Positions 32,187 through 45,239 of a stretch of 64,000 nucleotides of DNA are shown piece by piece; the first letter of the stretch is position 1, and each line of letters starts with the position of its first letter. Both the position numbers and the translations under genes were made by a program. The DNA is from Epithemia pelagica. Lineage: Eukaryota; Protista; Bacillariophyta. Location of the stretch: contig OX337242.1 in the NCBI GenBank assembly GCA_946965045.2, positions 496,001 to 560,000 on the forward strand, in the 5' to 3' direction. The notes under the pieces are model-generated. The model did no database searches. It worked only from the letters and a program-made list of their open reading frames with translations, and was not told the DNA's origin.

Positions 32187-33150
32187 GTCATCCGTAAACA
32201 GCAATGATGATGATGATGTCGAAGACGTATTTGAGATTCCACTGGGATGTTCATGGCTATTCAACGCTCTCTCTGGATGCTGCATGATTGTTCTAGGAGC
32301 CTGTAAGTGCTGATTGAATTCTTTTTCGCGGAGATGCTCGAAGGAGAATGAAGTTTGGGTGTTTATGGCATCGTATTCTCGTGTCTCATTTCCATTCGTC
32401 GTGTGGCTGTATAAAACAGTTGGTCTTTTGAAAGCTTGGGCGAAACAGGAAACGTCGCAACAACGTAGTTATAACCGATTTTCGCAGACTTCTGTTGGAG
32501 GAGATTTATTTGAAGATCCGCTCGATTCTCCTGTGCAGAGAACATGGCAGAGTCAACTGGTCGGATTTTCTCCGCCCAACGAAGCTCTCCACGACGAACA
32601 AGAGCCATCTTCGTATCAACAAATGGCAATGCCGCCTCGTCGTGAAATTGGGGTGAATCTAAGCAGTCGTTCGGAGTACAGTAGCTCTGGAGGATCCCTG
32701 TCGATAGTCCGTTTGGTCGCCAGTGGAATTGGTATGACACAAGGTTTGGCGGCCTCGGAACGCGGATTTCGTGGCATACCGGCGACCGCTTCAGAAAGTA
32801 CCGAATGGACGCTCTTTTATCTGGCCGTCTATGTCTTGTTTTCTATCTGTGCCATGGGAGCTTTTGCTGCCTTTTATGGATCCTGCAGCGCTTGTTTGGC
32901 CAAACCTCCACATGTTGGGAACAGCAACGGCAGATCGACAACGTCCGTTATGGATAGCAACAGCACCAGTCTTACCCTCAGTGAGGAGGTAACCAACAGG
33001 GTTGTACAGCAACTCTTTCTTCTGGATCCGAAACCAGGAAGACATCGAGAATTCTGGATTGACTTTGGGTCGGCCTGCCTCAGCATATTGGTTGGAATGG
33101 CATGGTTGACACTGCTGTTGTTTGGAAAACTGGCTGAGATATTCCCCTAG
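31743..33150 (+). CDS. NiCoT/UreH (DsbD_2)-like multi-pass membrane protein; introns at about 31827-31992 and 32303-32419
   Basis: GIVHVLTIPAH, FWIGVRWGLGYS and several TM helices. GT-AG junctions join the ORF fragments in frame. Confidence 0.65.
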
Positions 33151-33915
33151 CCCGCTTCAATGAGAGTAAAAGGGACATCCAGTGGAAGGCATGGTCACCG
33201 AGTACAGTAAATGGTGTTGTTGGGGTGCTTTGCTTGTTATCCCATTACGTGGACTGGTGCACTTGAATTGTTTTGTTTGTTACACCTACAAACAGTTGCC
33301 TTCACAATGGCGTACAGTGGACCACTCTTCAATGTGTTTTTGTTGACGATCGTTCCGTGAGCCAAACGTACCATTACTGACCGACACACTGGCAAAACAA
33401 TGGGATAAGACTTGAGTTGACCTTGCATTGTCATGGACGCGGAAGTTTTCGAAAATAGGGCAGGACGTTCCTGTTTCTCTTAGTAGAGCTCAGTTCATAT
33501 CCTAGCCCCTACTAGTGTTCATTGATGCTGGATGCTGACTGCTCCATGCTCCGCTACACACGCGGCTCAGGAAGATGGCATATCAAATCTGTGTGACCGT
33601 TGACCGTTCCCAATCCTCCGAGAAGGGAGTTCTTTTACGATTATAACTGTCAAAATCCATAAGACCATTGATTATGGGCTTCTCCCATGCATTTCTTCTT
33701 TGTTGAATTGACCTTGCTGTCATGACAAACGGCAATGAACCGTTCTCCACGACTTGCTAGAAAGGAGTTCGACGGTCTACGTGCTGCCTAGAAATTCATA
33801 GGAGTAGCTAGGAGTAATAGCTAGACAAAAGATATGTCGCAATAATGTAGCGAACCAAATGGATGTGGTCAGTGCTATTGTCATCACAGTGTACTATTTG
33901 ACAGAAGATCCGACC

Positions 33916-36034
33916 ATGACGCTTTTGGCAACTGCATCCTCCTTACTTCGTCCTGCCACGAGCCTCGTTGGTCGCCAGAAAGCCCTTGTCTGTGCACCAT
34001 TTTTACAATTCAGCCAAAATGGATCTTTGTCGTTCTCAGGCTTGCCGAATGGAACGCCTCCACTAACGCCCAGAGGTGCAGCCAATGGAAGTAACTGGTC
34101 CAATGGAACAGCCGCGACAGCCATGTCAGCTGCTGCTCTGACCATTCTGGCGACAGCATCTACAAGCAGTCATACATTCTTTCCATCGACGTATAAGGAA
34201 GGGCAAAGTTCAAGTAATCGATGTCATATGGAAGCAGCTGCTGCCACAACCTCAGATGAAGAGGCGACGAAAAGGACCACACATCCTGTGCTGACAACTT
34301 CATCGTTGAAACGAAGAGTAAGTTTCGAGATCAAATATTACCAACGATCTGAATATGGAGCTTATCTCACCACAAATTCAATTGTCTTTCAAACATTGGG
34401 CATTCCGTTTGTTGGACTGCCCTTACTTTTTTGCCCAGATGACATCAATTGGTCACTTTTCTATTTTATCGGAAACCAAGCATAATCCCAGTATCTGTAC
34501 ATTCATCATGGCTCTTGAGACCACTAAGGATCAACCATGGACGGTTGATCGATTCTGTAGACTATGGAACAAAGCGCGAATGCCCACCAAGCATCCACGT
34601 TTTCATTGGGTAGCTGCATCCGCCAATCCCTCTAGTTTCTCTTCCAATGGATACTTTGTCCCCGAACCAACCGACACCTCATCAGAGCAACTTCTGGTAT
34701 CAAAGAAGGAGGAAGAAAATTCATCAGCACAAGTTGAACGTCATGTTTCTGAGAGTCTTGTGCCAATGATGCCGCGTTCTGACATTATTCAGCGCATCCA
34801 AAGATTGCAAACCGAGGCATGGAATTTGTCTGAATCCTTGTGGTACGTCGACATCATACCTTGGATGAAAGCTGGTGGATCTGGAATGGGACATGTCACC
34901 CCGGTAAGCCCCGGAAAACGGTCATCATCCAAGGAAATCGGAGAGTCCCTCTTGATGTTTCGTGGACACCATGTTTTGGCTGATGGTGCTAGTCTGGGGG
35001 CCGCCTGGTTGGATATGGCCGACGAAGTGACAGAATTGAAGGAAATGATACTGACAGAAATGAAGAAGCGAGGCTTTCTCAATGCTCCTTGGTGGAAACG
35101 GTTGATTCAGCAGCTTCTTTTCATCTTATGGCTGCTTACTGGAAGCGTGCAATCATTTTTCTATCAACTCCAACTCATTTTTCAGCAGAACGATAACCCA
35201 TGGGCTATACTGGAACAGAGATACAACGAACAAAGAGAGCATCAAAGCAATGAGGCAGAACGATCTGTTTCCTTCACGACCGTCGGGTCGGTCGAACAAG
35301 CAAAATGGGTCGCACGGACCTTGGCCGGGCGCAAGGCCACTGTCAATGACGTGTTTTGTGCTGCTGTGTCCAAGGCTCTGTCCAAGCAGCTACAGTGGCA
35401 TCGAGAACGTTTTGGTACATTGGAGAAAAACACACAGGATGGGAGATCAGTGCTGTTACCACCGTTGAATCACACACACTTGGCCGTACCCGTCCACTTA
35501 AAGGGTGGAGTCATTCTACCTGGAGAATCTGTTAGTAACAGTATTGGGGCATTTTGTGTACGTGTACCCTGCGAAGAAGTTCAAGGAGGAAAAGGGAGCT
35601 CTGAAACAGGAAAAGCACGGTTGCAAAAAGTGCACAAGGAATTGGACAAGGTCAAGAAACGTCCTACAGCGTTTGTCGGTCACTATGTTGCCAAAATTGC
35701 AACTCAAGTTCTACCAGCGTCTTGGGTGGCATGGAGTTATAGTCGAGTGCATGGTGGGGCGTCTTGTGTCGTGACCAACGTACGCGGCTTGGATCGTCAG
35801 ATTCATATGGATGGGTCCCCTGTGCTATCCATGTATGGCTTTGTTCCTTTGCCACCCCGAATCCCTATTGGTGTGGTGGTGAGTTCTTATAATGGCAAAG
35901 TACACCTTACCATGTCCGCTCAGCCATGGGCGGTTCCTGATGCCGATCAGTTTCTCTCGTGGATTTTGGATGAATATCTCCTTCTTGTACAGGAGGCCAA
36001 GCTTGTCGCCACAACGAAAACGACGTTGTCCTAA
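33916..36034 (+). CDS. Wax ester synthase/diacylglycerol acyltransferase (WS/DGAT)-like protein; intron 34318-34438
   Basis: HHVLADG catalytic motif and WS_DGAT_C-like VVTNVRG...SSYNGKVHL. The intron joins KRR to MTSIGHF in frame. The start codon is uncertain. Confidence 0.85.
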
Positions 36035-36148
36035 AATACATCATTCGCAGAAAGGTAGTGAAATGATTTAATCCATTCGCTTGGTCTATGAATTATGAAT
36101 ACTTGAGTTTTGGGGTGGATGAGAAAGCATACCGTGATCTTCCTGTTT

Positions 36149-38801
36149 CTACTTATCCGCAACACACTGGCTGTAATAGTCATCTCGGTATTCGCACCTA
36201 AGGCCAGGGCAACAATTGTTATTACCATGACAGTCGGCCCAACGTACAAGACAAGAGTATTGCGGAGGGCCATTGAAAAGCCATCCTTGCTTGTTGCTGC
36301 ACTGGTTACATTCCGCCTCTGTCGTGCCACAATAGTTGATACAGGTTTTGTAATTATTGGAGCAACACGCATCAGGACTCGGAGTGCCTGGTTGTGTAGC
36401 CGGTACAGGTGCAGGTGTGGGTGAATGGGTAGGATGCAAAGTTGGTTTCTTCGTCGGAGAGTTTGTGGGAGCTGCTGTGGGTGACGTCGTGGGTTGCTCT
36501 GTCGGAGAGTGTGTGGGAGTTGATGTGGGTTGCTCTGTCGGAGAGCTTGTGGGAGCTGATGTGGGGGACTGCGTGGGTTCCTTCGTCGGAGAGTTTGTTG
36601 GAGCTGATGTCGGAGAGTTTGTGGGTTGGTTTGACGGAGAGTTTGTGGGTTGGTTTGTCGGAGAGTTTGAGGGTTGGTTTGTCGGAGCGTTTGTTGGAGC
36701 TGCTGTGGGTGACGTTGTGGGTTGGTTTGTCGGAGAGTTTGTGGGAATTGAAGTGGGTTGTTTCGTCGGAGCGTTCGTGGGATCTGATGTGGGGGACGTT
36801 GTGGGATCTGATGTCGGAGAGTATGTGGGAGCTGATGTGGGCGACTTTGTGATGGGTTGAGACAATCTGGGAGCTGTTTGTGACTTTGTGGGCTGCTTTG
36901 TTGGAGACAGTGTGGGAGCAGCCGTGGGCAAATTTGTCGGTGAGTTCGTGGGAGATGATGATGGAGAGTTTGTGGGTGGTTCTGTCGGAGAGTTTGTGGG
37001 AGCGTATGTGGGTGGTTCTGTCGGAGAGTTTGTTGGAGCTGATGTAGGCGACTCTGTGGGTTGATTTGTCGGAGAGTTTGTTGGAGCTGATGTGGGGGAC
37101 TCTGTGGGTTGCTCTGTCGGAGAGTTTGTTGGAGCTGATGTAGGCGACTCTGAGGGTTGCTTTGTCGGAGAGTTTGTGGGAGCTGATGTGGGGGACTCTG
37201 TGGGTTGCTCTGTCGGAGAGTTTGTTGGAGCTGATGTAGGCGACTCTGTGGGTTGATTTGTCGGAGAGTTTGTTGGAGCTGATGTGGGGGACTCTGTGGG
37301 TTGCTTTGTCGGAGAGTTTGTAGGAGCTGATGTAGGCGACTCTGAGGGTTGCTTTGTCGGCGAGCTTGTGGGAGCTGATGTTGGGGACTCTGTTGGTTGC
37401 TTTGTCGGAGACTGTGTGGGAGCCGATGTGGGGGACTCTGTGGGAGCTGGCGCGGTACCACCAACCGTCACGACGACAAAGTCATCAATGGCAAAGCTGC
37501 GAGTGGCCGAGCTGAGCATCTCCGCATAGATAAATATGGAGGAGACTGTGTGGGTGGGAGTGGGTGGGGCGAAAGTGGCGTCAAAGGTCCTCCATTCATT
37601 AATGGAAATACCATCTTGTTCGTTTTCGGGTGTAGCAAGAATCGTATGGTAGTCGGGGGAATGCAAACCCGTGTAAATATACCGCAAAGTCAATTTCAAC
37701 GATTCGTACGATCTTGATCCAGAATCGAGCAACTTGGCCTTGACGGAGAAGTAGTAGTCTTTTTCATACTCGAAAGCAATATTGTCGAGCGTTTCTTGTC
37801 CAATTCCCTGCCATGTCTCTTGGCGATTCTGGACTTTGGCAACGGTGCTCTGGAGGCCTGCATCGTACTCAAAAGTGACTGTGTTGGACCCCATATTCTC
37901 CCACTTAGGGCTTGTATTAGATTGCTCAAATTGCCAGTTGTTCAAGAGTGATCCGCTGGGATTGATGGGTGTGTCGACAGTCGGTGCGGAGGTGGTGGGT
38001 GCCGTTGGAGGGGCGACAGAAGGTGCGGAGGTGGGCGTTGAAGTGGTCGGAGACAAGGAAACGGAGCAAATCGTGTTTGTCGGCACTGGCCACTGCCCAT
38101 TATAGCAATCCAAATGAACATCATGGTCAGAAGAAGTTCCACCCGAGAAGGTAATGTCATACGATACCGGTTTGTTTTTGTCACCACTAAGATTGGCGTA
38201 CCACGTTGCCCCTCCACCTTTTTGCAGGAAAAAGGTTTTATCGCCGACAGTAATCGAAGCACTCTTGACACTGGTACGACCTCCTGCTAGAAGGACTTTG
38301 GTATAGTACGCATTGTTTCCGTCAAACATAGCAACTGAGACAGGAGATTCCTCGCAGTCCACCTCCGTCCATGAAATACCAAAAACTCCAGTGGAGATAC
38401 CAGTGAGCTGGTGAAAGGCTGTGTCATAGCAATCAAAATGATCGACACCACCAGCTCCGGAATCAGTCACTTGGATGAGTGCCGTGCTACTCGTCATATC
38501 GGCAGGTACAACATCATTCGACTTATACATGCTGTTGTCCCAGTTAAGGCGATAGCATTTGCCACATCCAAGTCCGCCGTCATACAGTTTTTCATCCACG
38601 GCGCAAAACATACCCTTCCGAACGTAAGTATCAAGCCACTCGCTGTCCGTACCCACAGGACCATTCGTATATTCACAGCTGGGTCCTTTGTACACCGGAT
38701 TATCGGCTTTCATCCACCATGTCAGGTAGTCTTTCGAAGGCGGTGAGGTTTTAGCAACGACAGAGACTATCAAAGAGAAGGTACAAATAGCCTGAAATAT
38801 C
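36149..38801 (-). pseudogene. Expansin-like mucin protein, copy 1; initiator ATG removed by a 30-bp deletion
   Basis: The ORF is intact and nearly identical to copy 2, but the bases equivalent to 47893-47922 are missing between 38801 and 38802. Confidence 0.75.
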
Positions 38802-41098
38802 GTTACTTTCGATTTTTGAGTGAGACCGTTTTATGAGAGCAGACCACACTCGAGTTTCTTTTGTGTTTTTTTCAAATATTCGCGACGACAAGAGGGGTTA
38901 AACGGAGGTGATACTCCTACGGTTCTTGCGATATTGGTCTTCAATCCACCAAAATAATTGCCTTGTATGAAGGCTTTTATTTTATGTGGGTTTGGAGTTT
39001 TAAGGGCATATATAAATGATTATGCTCAATCTTACAACCCACGATCTTGGTGGGCCTTTATACTCTACTATGAGAGAATATTCTGTACTCTGGCGCGGTA
39101 GGGTGAGAATAAACTACTAAGCCCTAAAGGCCCAACTGGCCTAAGAAAGCTTTCTTCGAGAATTTCGATCGATGCGCAAGATGCCGAGATTGATGCCGGC
39201 CAAAGGCTTATCTACTCCATGAATGTTGCGAGACTCCACATATTATCTACGATTGTATTTACGAGTATCTACCTAATCGAAACAACCAATAGTGCCCATG
39301 GGCACGACTCCGCTTTGTTGTTCTATTACGCAAGATCGCAGACCAAGACGATCCCCTTGGAGATACAAGATCCAAACATGCCCAATCTTCTTCCAACAAG
39401 GGACTGTCTCACCTCGTGATCATCCTAGGCAGAGGAGCAATCGAGTCTTTCGTCACCCAGCAACCTCAAGACTTGCAAAACATAACTCGTACAGGAGAAG
39501 TAATGAGTGCAAGAAGAACCAAGAAGTGAAGCAGCGGCGGTCGTTCCCGATTCTTGTCCCATGGCTCGGTCGCTGCGTTCCAACGATAAAACCTGGACCA
39601 GACTGTACCAACCCCCTCTTGCCTGGTCGTGAGTTTTGCTTATGAAAAGGGCGTGCGCTCGAATGAGTGGAGACCCACGACGATAAAGACCGTGAGGCAT
39701 CAAGATCACTTTTTTGTGTTCCCCTCAGTCGTTCAATAATATGGCTGAGATTTTGTCGTTGCGGTCATGGGCAATGTCTTGCGTAAATGGGTCAGTAGAG
39801 TGCTGCGAACGGCGTGGTCGCAGCCTTGTGATAACAATCATCCTGCGTCGAAGCGGAAGCATGACTGTAACAGGATGAGGCTTTGTTGCTCCGGAGAACT
39901 TATGGGACCGAGAACGACTTCACACCCTATGAAGCGATCTATAATCTCTATGAGGGTACACAAGCATTGGATCTTGGCCTTTGACACACTGGTCTTTTCT
40001 TTTTCCGTGTCCCAACGATGTTTACATGGAGGATGAATGTTTATTTTCTCCAATGACTGTTTACAAAAGTGTTGAGTCTCTTCACTGGTCGGATGGTATT
40101 ACTTGTTGGACGATCCTTCTTGGTCGCCTTGGACATTTACCTACTGTGGCCTTATCGTTTGTCGTCGATCCATCTTTTGCGGCCAAAGTAAAACACAACA
40201 ACCAAGAAGTAACAACAAGCATCGATTCCGTGTCGCTTCCATAGTTGGAGCTCAATGCACCTAACTTGCCTTGGATCCTACTCCTCCAACAACAGGTACA
40301 TTTCCTTGCGGGAAGCTACCCCCTCCCTCTCGAAAGGTTAAGAGGTCGCAGATATCTTTGAGGTCGCAGATATCTTTGAGGTCGCAGAAAATTGAGTGTC
40401 AGCGGTCGCCGATAGAAGCCACACCCAAAGGATGGTGTACTGTTTTCATTATAGAATCTGGCCTGACACATTAGATTCATCTCACAGCCACTCGTCCGCT
40501 TGTATGTGACATCTGAACGGTTGCCCTTCAACGATCGCACGCGATACTATAGAGCAGGAAGTAATAAGGATTGTCTATGTAATCTGTCCAGACTTAAACG
40601 AGTAAACTGTTGTGGTTTCTGATTCGAAGTCGGGCGTTTGATAGACTGTAAAGGAAAAAGTACGATTTTTATTCTGACGTGTGCAACATTGCTAGTATGT
40701 CCTGATGCCGTTGAAGAATAGAGTAGCAATAACCCACGACTTTTTCGTCGGAAGAAAGGCACTCTTTGGTCTATTGTAGTACAGAACGGATAATACTACG
40801 AAAAGATCCGGGCCTGGAACTTGTGCGGCAGATGGTTGTTCAAAAAATTTTCCGCCAATCAAGGACAAATTGGGGATTGGGGGATACACACGACGACGGC
40901 GCACGAACTCCACTCTTCCGTTCCCTTCTGTCCCGTCCAAAAAGATTTGGCTCATAAAATTTGCGGTCATCTTTCACACAAGCTACGCACCCAAACAACA
41001 AAGTGAGTATCAAAAAGTTGTGTGCCAACCAACCACAACCTTGGATGTCAAATGGTTTGAGACAAGCAGTCTAACACTTTGCTATCGTTTCACAGAAG

Positions 41099-43673
41099 AT
41101 GAATCGTCTATTGACGCTTCTTCTCACCGCTGGCCTAGTGGCTGGCAGCATGGCCGAGTTCGATTATTCTCGTGATCTTGGAAAGAAAGACGATGACTAT
41201 TATGGAAAGAAAGACTACGACAAGAAGAAGAAAAAGAAGAAGGCCAAGAAGTACGACGACGACTACGGCAAGAAGGGAAAGAAGCAGAAGGATGACAGTG
41301 ACTCTTGTCCTTCCCCTGCGCATCCTTTCACAGGACCCTGGGCCAAGAACTACGACGGAGGAAAGAAGGGTGGATACGTATTTAATCGCATCGTCACCCA
41401 CCCAGTCTGCAAAGCCGAACAGGTCACGTGTGACATTGACGATGAAATCTCAGCGGAGATCATTGATGTGACCCCCGACGGAAAAACCATTGTCTTTACG
41501 AACAGCCCTGGTGATAGCATTGGCTTGGTTGACATTTCCGATCCGTACCATCCTGTCTCGAAACCTTTGGTTGATGTGGGAGGTGAACCAACGTCTGCTC
41601 GTATTCTGGGCAATCGATGGGTACTTGTTGGCGTTGACACTTCTCCCGACTTTGTAAATCCTAGCGGGGAATTGCTCGTTATGGACTTGAAAGACGATCT
41701 CGCCGTGTATAAGACATTTGATCTTGGTAAGTAAAGGTTGAATGTCACAAATATCATCGTGAATGAAGCTCTTTCTCATCAACTACTTGTGCCTTTTGTT
41801 TGCAGGTGGACAACCTGATGCTGTTGCCGTTTCTCCCGACGGAAAGTACGTCGCCATCGCCATTGAAAACGAGCGTGATGAAGACCTCGAGGATGGCGGC
41901 TTGGATGGCGGCTTGCCTCAGCTGCCCGCTGGCTTTCTCGTCATCATTGACTCCTACAAGGCCGATCCAAATGACTGGACAATGCACGTGGTTGATTTGA
42001 CAGGATTGGATGGACTTGATACTCCTCAGGACCCTGAACCCGAATATGTTGATTTTAACCATCTGAATGAGGTTGTCGTCAGTCTTCAAGAAAACAACGC
42101 CATTGTGATTGTTGACGCAGAAACCAAAACTGTCAAGACCTCGTTCTCAGCCGGTTATATCGATTTGGAACATATTGATACTGAAGAAGAGGGCATTATT
42201 TCTTTTGAGACAGACCAATTCGGTCGGGTGCGAGAACCCGACGCTGTTGCGTGGGTCGACAATTATTACTTCTTTACCGCCGATGAGGGTGATTGGAAAG
42301 GCGGCAGCCGTTCCGTGACACTGTTCGACAAGAACGGAAATGTTATTAGCGATACTGGTTCGTCCTTGGATTACATTGTTGCGGCTCATGGTCACTATCC
42401 AGATGAACGTTCTGGAAACAAGGGCAATGAACCAGAAACGGTTTATGTTGATACCTTCCATGGTACAAAGTATTTGTTCACTCTCTCGGAGCGAAGTAAT
42501 CTTTTGATTATTTCGGAACTTGACAAATACAATATGCCTTGGTTCACTCAAGCGATCCCTGCAGGTGTCGGACCAGAGGGAATTGTCGCCATTCCCCATC
42601 GCGATTTGCTTGTCGTTGCAAGCGAGGTTGATGATAGGGGTGATAAGATCCGTGCTTCGTTGACCATCTACAAATACACCGATGACGAGCCGACGTATCC
42701 CATGATCCTTTCTGCTGCTAACAGTAGCAAGCCTTCCGTTCCGATCCCATATGGTGCTCTCTCAGGCCTTGCTGTTGATCCACACTGCCCCTCGCTTCTC
42801 TATTCCATTGAAGATAGCTTCTACAGCTCCAATCGGTTTTTCAAGATTGATGCATCCCAAAAACCTGCCGTTTTGTTTGAAGGGACAAGACTCATGGATA
42901 CGCAAGGCAAATTGGCCGCTTACGCCAATCGTTGTGGCTGTTTCACAGATAATCCAGTGAACCCCGATATGACGGTGAATATTGACCCCGAAGGCATTGA
43001 CGTGTTCGACGATGGTACCATTTTGATCGTGTCCGAAGGAGATACAAGGGAAGATCGACTCAAGCCAAACTACGTTTTGGGTGTCCATCCATCTGGTGTA
43101 ATTGTTGATATTTGGGAGCTTCCGGAGGAGTGGTTGAATAAGCAAAAGCGTTGGGGCTTCGAAGGAGTAGCAATCGATCCCAACCAAGAAATGGTGGTTG
43201 TTGCCGGCCAAGTACCTTGGGGCGAAGGCAGCGGAGCAAGTCCCAGCACCGGTGATGATGAAGGTCCTGCTCTTCATATTTTCATTAACGGGAAGCACGC
43301 TGGCTACGTTTTCTACCCGCTTGATGAGCCAGAATCTCAGAATGGTGGTTGGGTTGGTATTGGAGATCTGTCCGCTCTTGGTAACAAGAAATTCGCTGTC
43401 CTGGAACGCGACAACCAGGGAGGACTTGATGCTGCAATCAAGAGGGTCTACACGATCGACCTCAATGGCTGGTACGACGGCAAGGTCGTGGAGAAGACGC
43501 GTTGGGCGGATATCATCGATGAACTGGCAGATTCTACAAATGGCCCGGTTCCCGAAAAGGTTGAAGGGCTTGCTTGCTTGAATGGCGGTGAGGTTTGCTG
43601 GGTGAATACCGATAATGACGGAGTCGATGATGCCAATGGGGAAAACCTTCTTCTTCCTGTCTACCCACACTAA
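41099..43673 (+). CDS. Secreted choice-of-anchor-I/alkaline-phosphatase-like propeller plus phytase-like esterase domain, copy 1; intron 41727-41805
   Basis: Signal peptide; GQPDAVAVSPDG, EPEY, REPD, GPEG, SGLA, DPEG, GFEG, EKVEG and NTDNDG motifs. Confidence 0.8.
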
Positions 43674-44019
43674 TTTGATTTCGTGCCTATGGTGACGGCA
43701 TTCTTTTCATGTGAGGAAAAAAGCTGGGGATCTATGTATCTATTATCCCCTGTATAAAGCAAAGATAAGTGAATTTGTTTCAAGGAGTACGACTTTAGGT
43801 TGACTTGGTTTGGGACTGGTAACACCTCCATGCAGAAGCTCGTGTGTCCCCACCCCTTTTCAGCTACAGAGAATACAACAGATATATAGATCTCGAGGAA
43901 TGTCTCTAGTTATTAGATGTGTAAAACGGAATTGGCCGGAATCAATGCAAGGGAACTATGTCACCCAATCTTGAGTTCTCCACCTCGAGTCGAGTATCAT
44001 CACATCTGATCATAAGTAT

Positions 44020-44616
44020 CTAGGCCAAATAGTTATAGACACCTGAATTGTCGTTCGATCGTTCCAAATACTCTCGATCAATCAGGCCTTCAATCCTTTT
44101 CTTGACGACACGGGGATTGGGGTTAAAGAAGGACAGCTGCGCCAACACTTCCGACAATAACTGCTGATGTTGCAGGGTCTTTCTGGCCTTCATAATACGG
44201 ACAATTGCCGCTTCAATAGCAATGGTTCGATCTTCTTCCACTTTCTTAGTATTGAAGGAAGAATCCAGAGACGCCATGGGGATACGGATCTTTCGCATAT
44301 TCGAAGAGAACTTCGTATTCGCGGCGAACTTGTCGCCTGGGTTGATCTTTGAATTTGCGGGTGTCTTGGTGATAACCTTGTACTTTCCACAACTCAGTGA
44401 ATGCATCAATGGTTTCAAGATACTATCCTCCAAGTTCAAGCGTTGGTCCAAGTCTTCCAACGTTACTGTGGCTCCACCTGAAAGGGCATCCAAGGCGATG
44501 GCCTGCAACGTGGACACTTGAAGGTCGTAAGATTTTTTGCCAAAAGTCGCCAAGACTGAGGCAGAGCCTTGTGTGTGAACCCAAGAGAGCTTTCGCTTTT
44601 GGTGCTCTTGTTCATG
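44020..44616 (-). pseudogene. Promoterless 3' fragment of cullin-1 (duplication end)
   Basis: Matches 57088-57684 and includes the neddylation motif IVRIMKARK. Confidence 0.92.
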
Positions 44617-45125
44617 AATCTGTTAGTAACAGTATTGGGGCATTTTGTGTACGTGTACCCTGCGAAGAAGTTCAAGGAGGAAAAGGGAGCTCTGAAACAG
44701 GAAAAGCACGGTTGCAAAAAGTGCACAAGGAATTGGACAAGGTCAAGAAACGTCCTACAGCGTTTGTCGGTCACTATGTTGCCAAAATTGCAACTCAAGT
44801 TCTACCAGCGTCTTGGGTGGCATGGAGTTATAGTCGAGTGCATGGTGGGGCGTCTTGTGTCGTGACCAACGTACGCGGCTTGGATCGTCAGATTCATATG
44901 GATGGGTCCCCTGTGCTATCCATGTATGGCTTTGTTCCTTTGCCACCCCGAATCCCTATTGGTGTGGTGGTGAGTTCTTATAATGGCAAAGTACACCTTA
45001 CCATGTCCGCTCAGCCATGGGCGGTTCCTGATGCCGATCAGTTTCTCTCGTGGATTTTGGATGAATATCTCCTTCTTGTACAGGAGGCCAAGCTTGTCGC
45101 CACAACGAAAACGACGTTGTCCTAA
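44616..45125 (+). pseudogene. Promoterless 3' fragment of WS/DGAT (duplication start)
   Basis: Matches 35525-36034. Confidence 0.92.
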
Positions 45126-45239
45126 AATACATCATTCGCAGAAAGGTAGTGAAATGATTTAATCCATTCGCTTGGTCTATGAATTATGAATACTTGAGTT
45201 TTGGGGTGGATGAGAAAGCATACCGTGATCTTCCTGTTT

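Larger units (their letters stand above)
35525..44616 (+). repeat. Tandem segmental duplication, copy 1 (9.1 kb)
   Basis: Near-identical to 44616-57684 apart from insertions. The junction at 44616 fuses cullin sequence (=57684) to WS/DGAT sequence (=35525). Confidence 0.93.

Noticed and set aside
33756-33768. GCTAGAAAGGAGT shared with about 59921 as a promoter motif
   Set aside because: Only two occurrences; it cannot be separated from chance or a repeat remnant without genome-wide counts.
36031-37464. Long Gln/Pro-rich ORF (also 45122-46555) and Val/Gly-rich antisense ORFs over the same region
   Set aside because: These are shadow frames of the expansin Pro/Thr repeat stalk; the repeats simply lack stop codons.
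39200-40500. Short ORFs in the expansin-phytase intergenic region (and its duplicate)
   Set aside because: No motifs, and indels between the two copies (e.g. an 18-bp unit in different copy number) show no clear coding constraint.
44397-45125. 242-aa apparent fusion ORF across the duplication junction
   Set aside because: The first part is antisense cullin sequence; there is no promoter evidence and the HHxxxDG motif is absent. Treated as a by-product of the junction.
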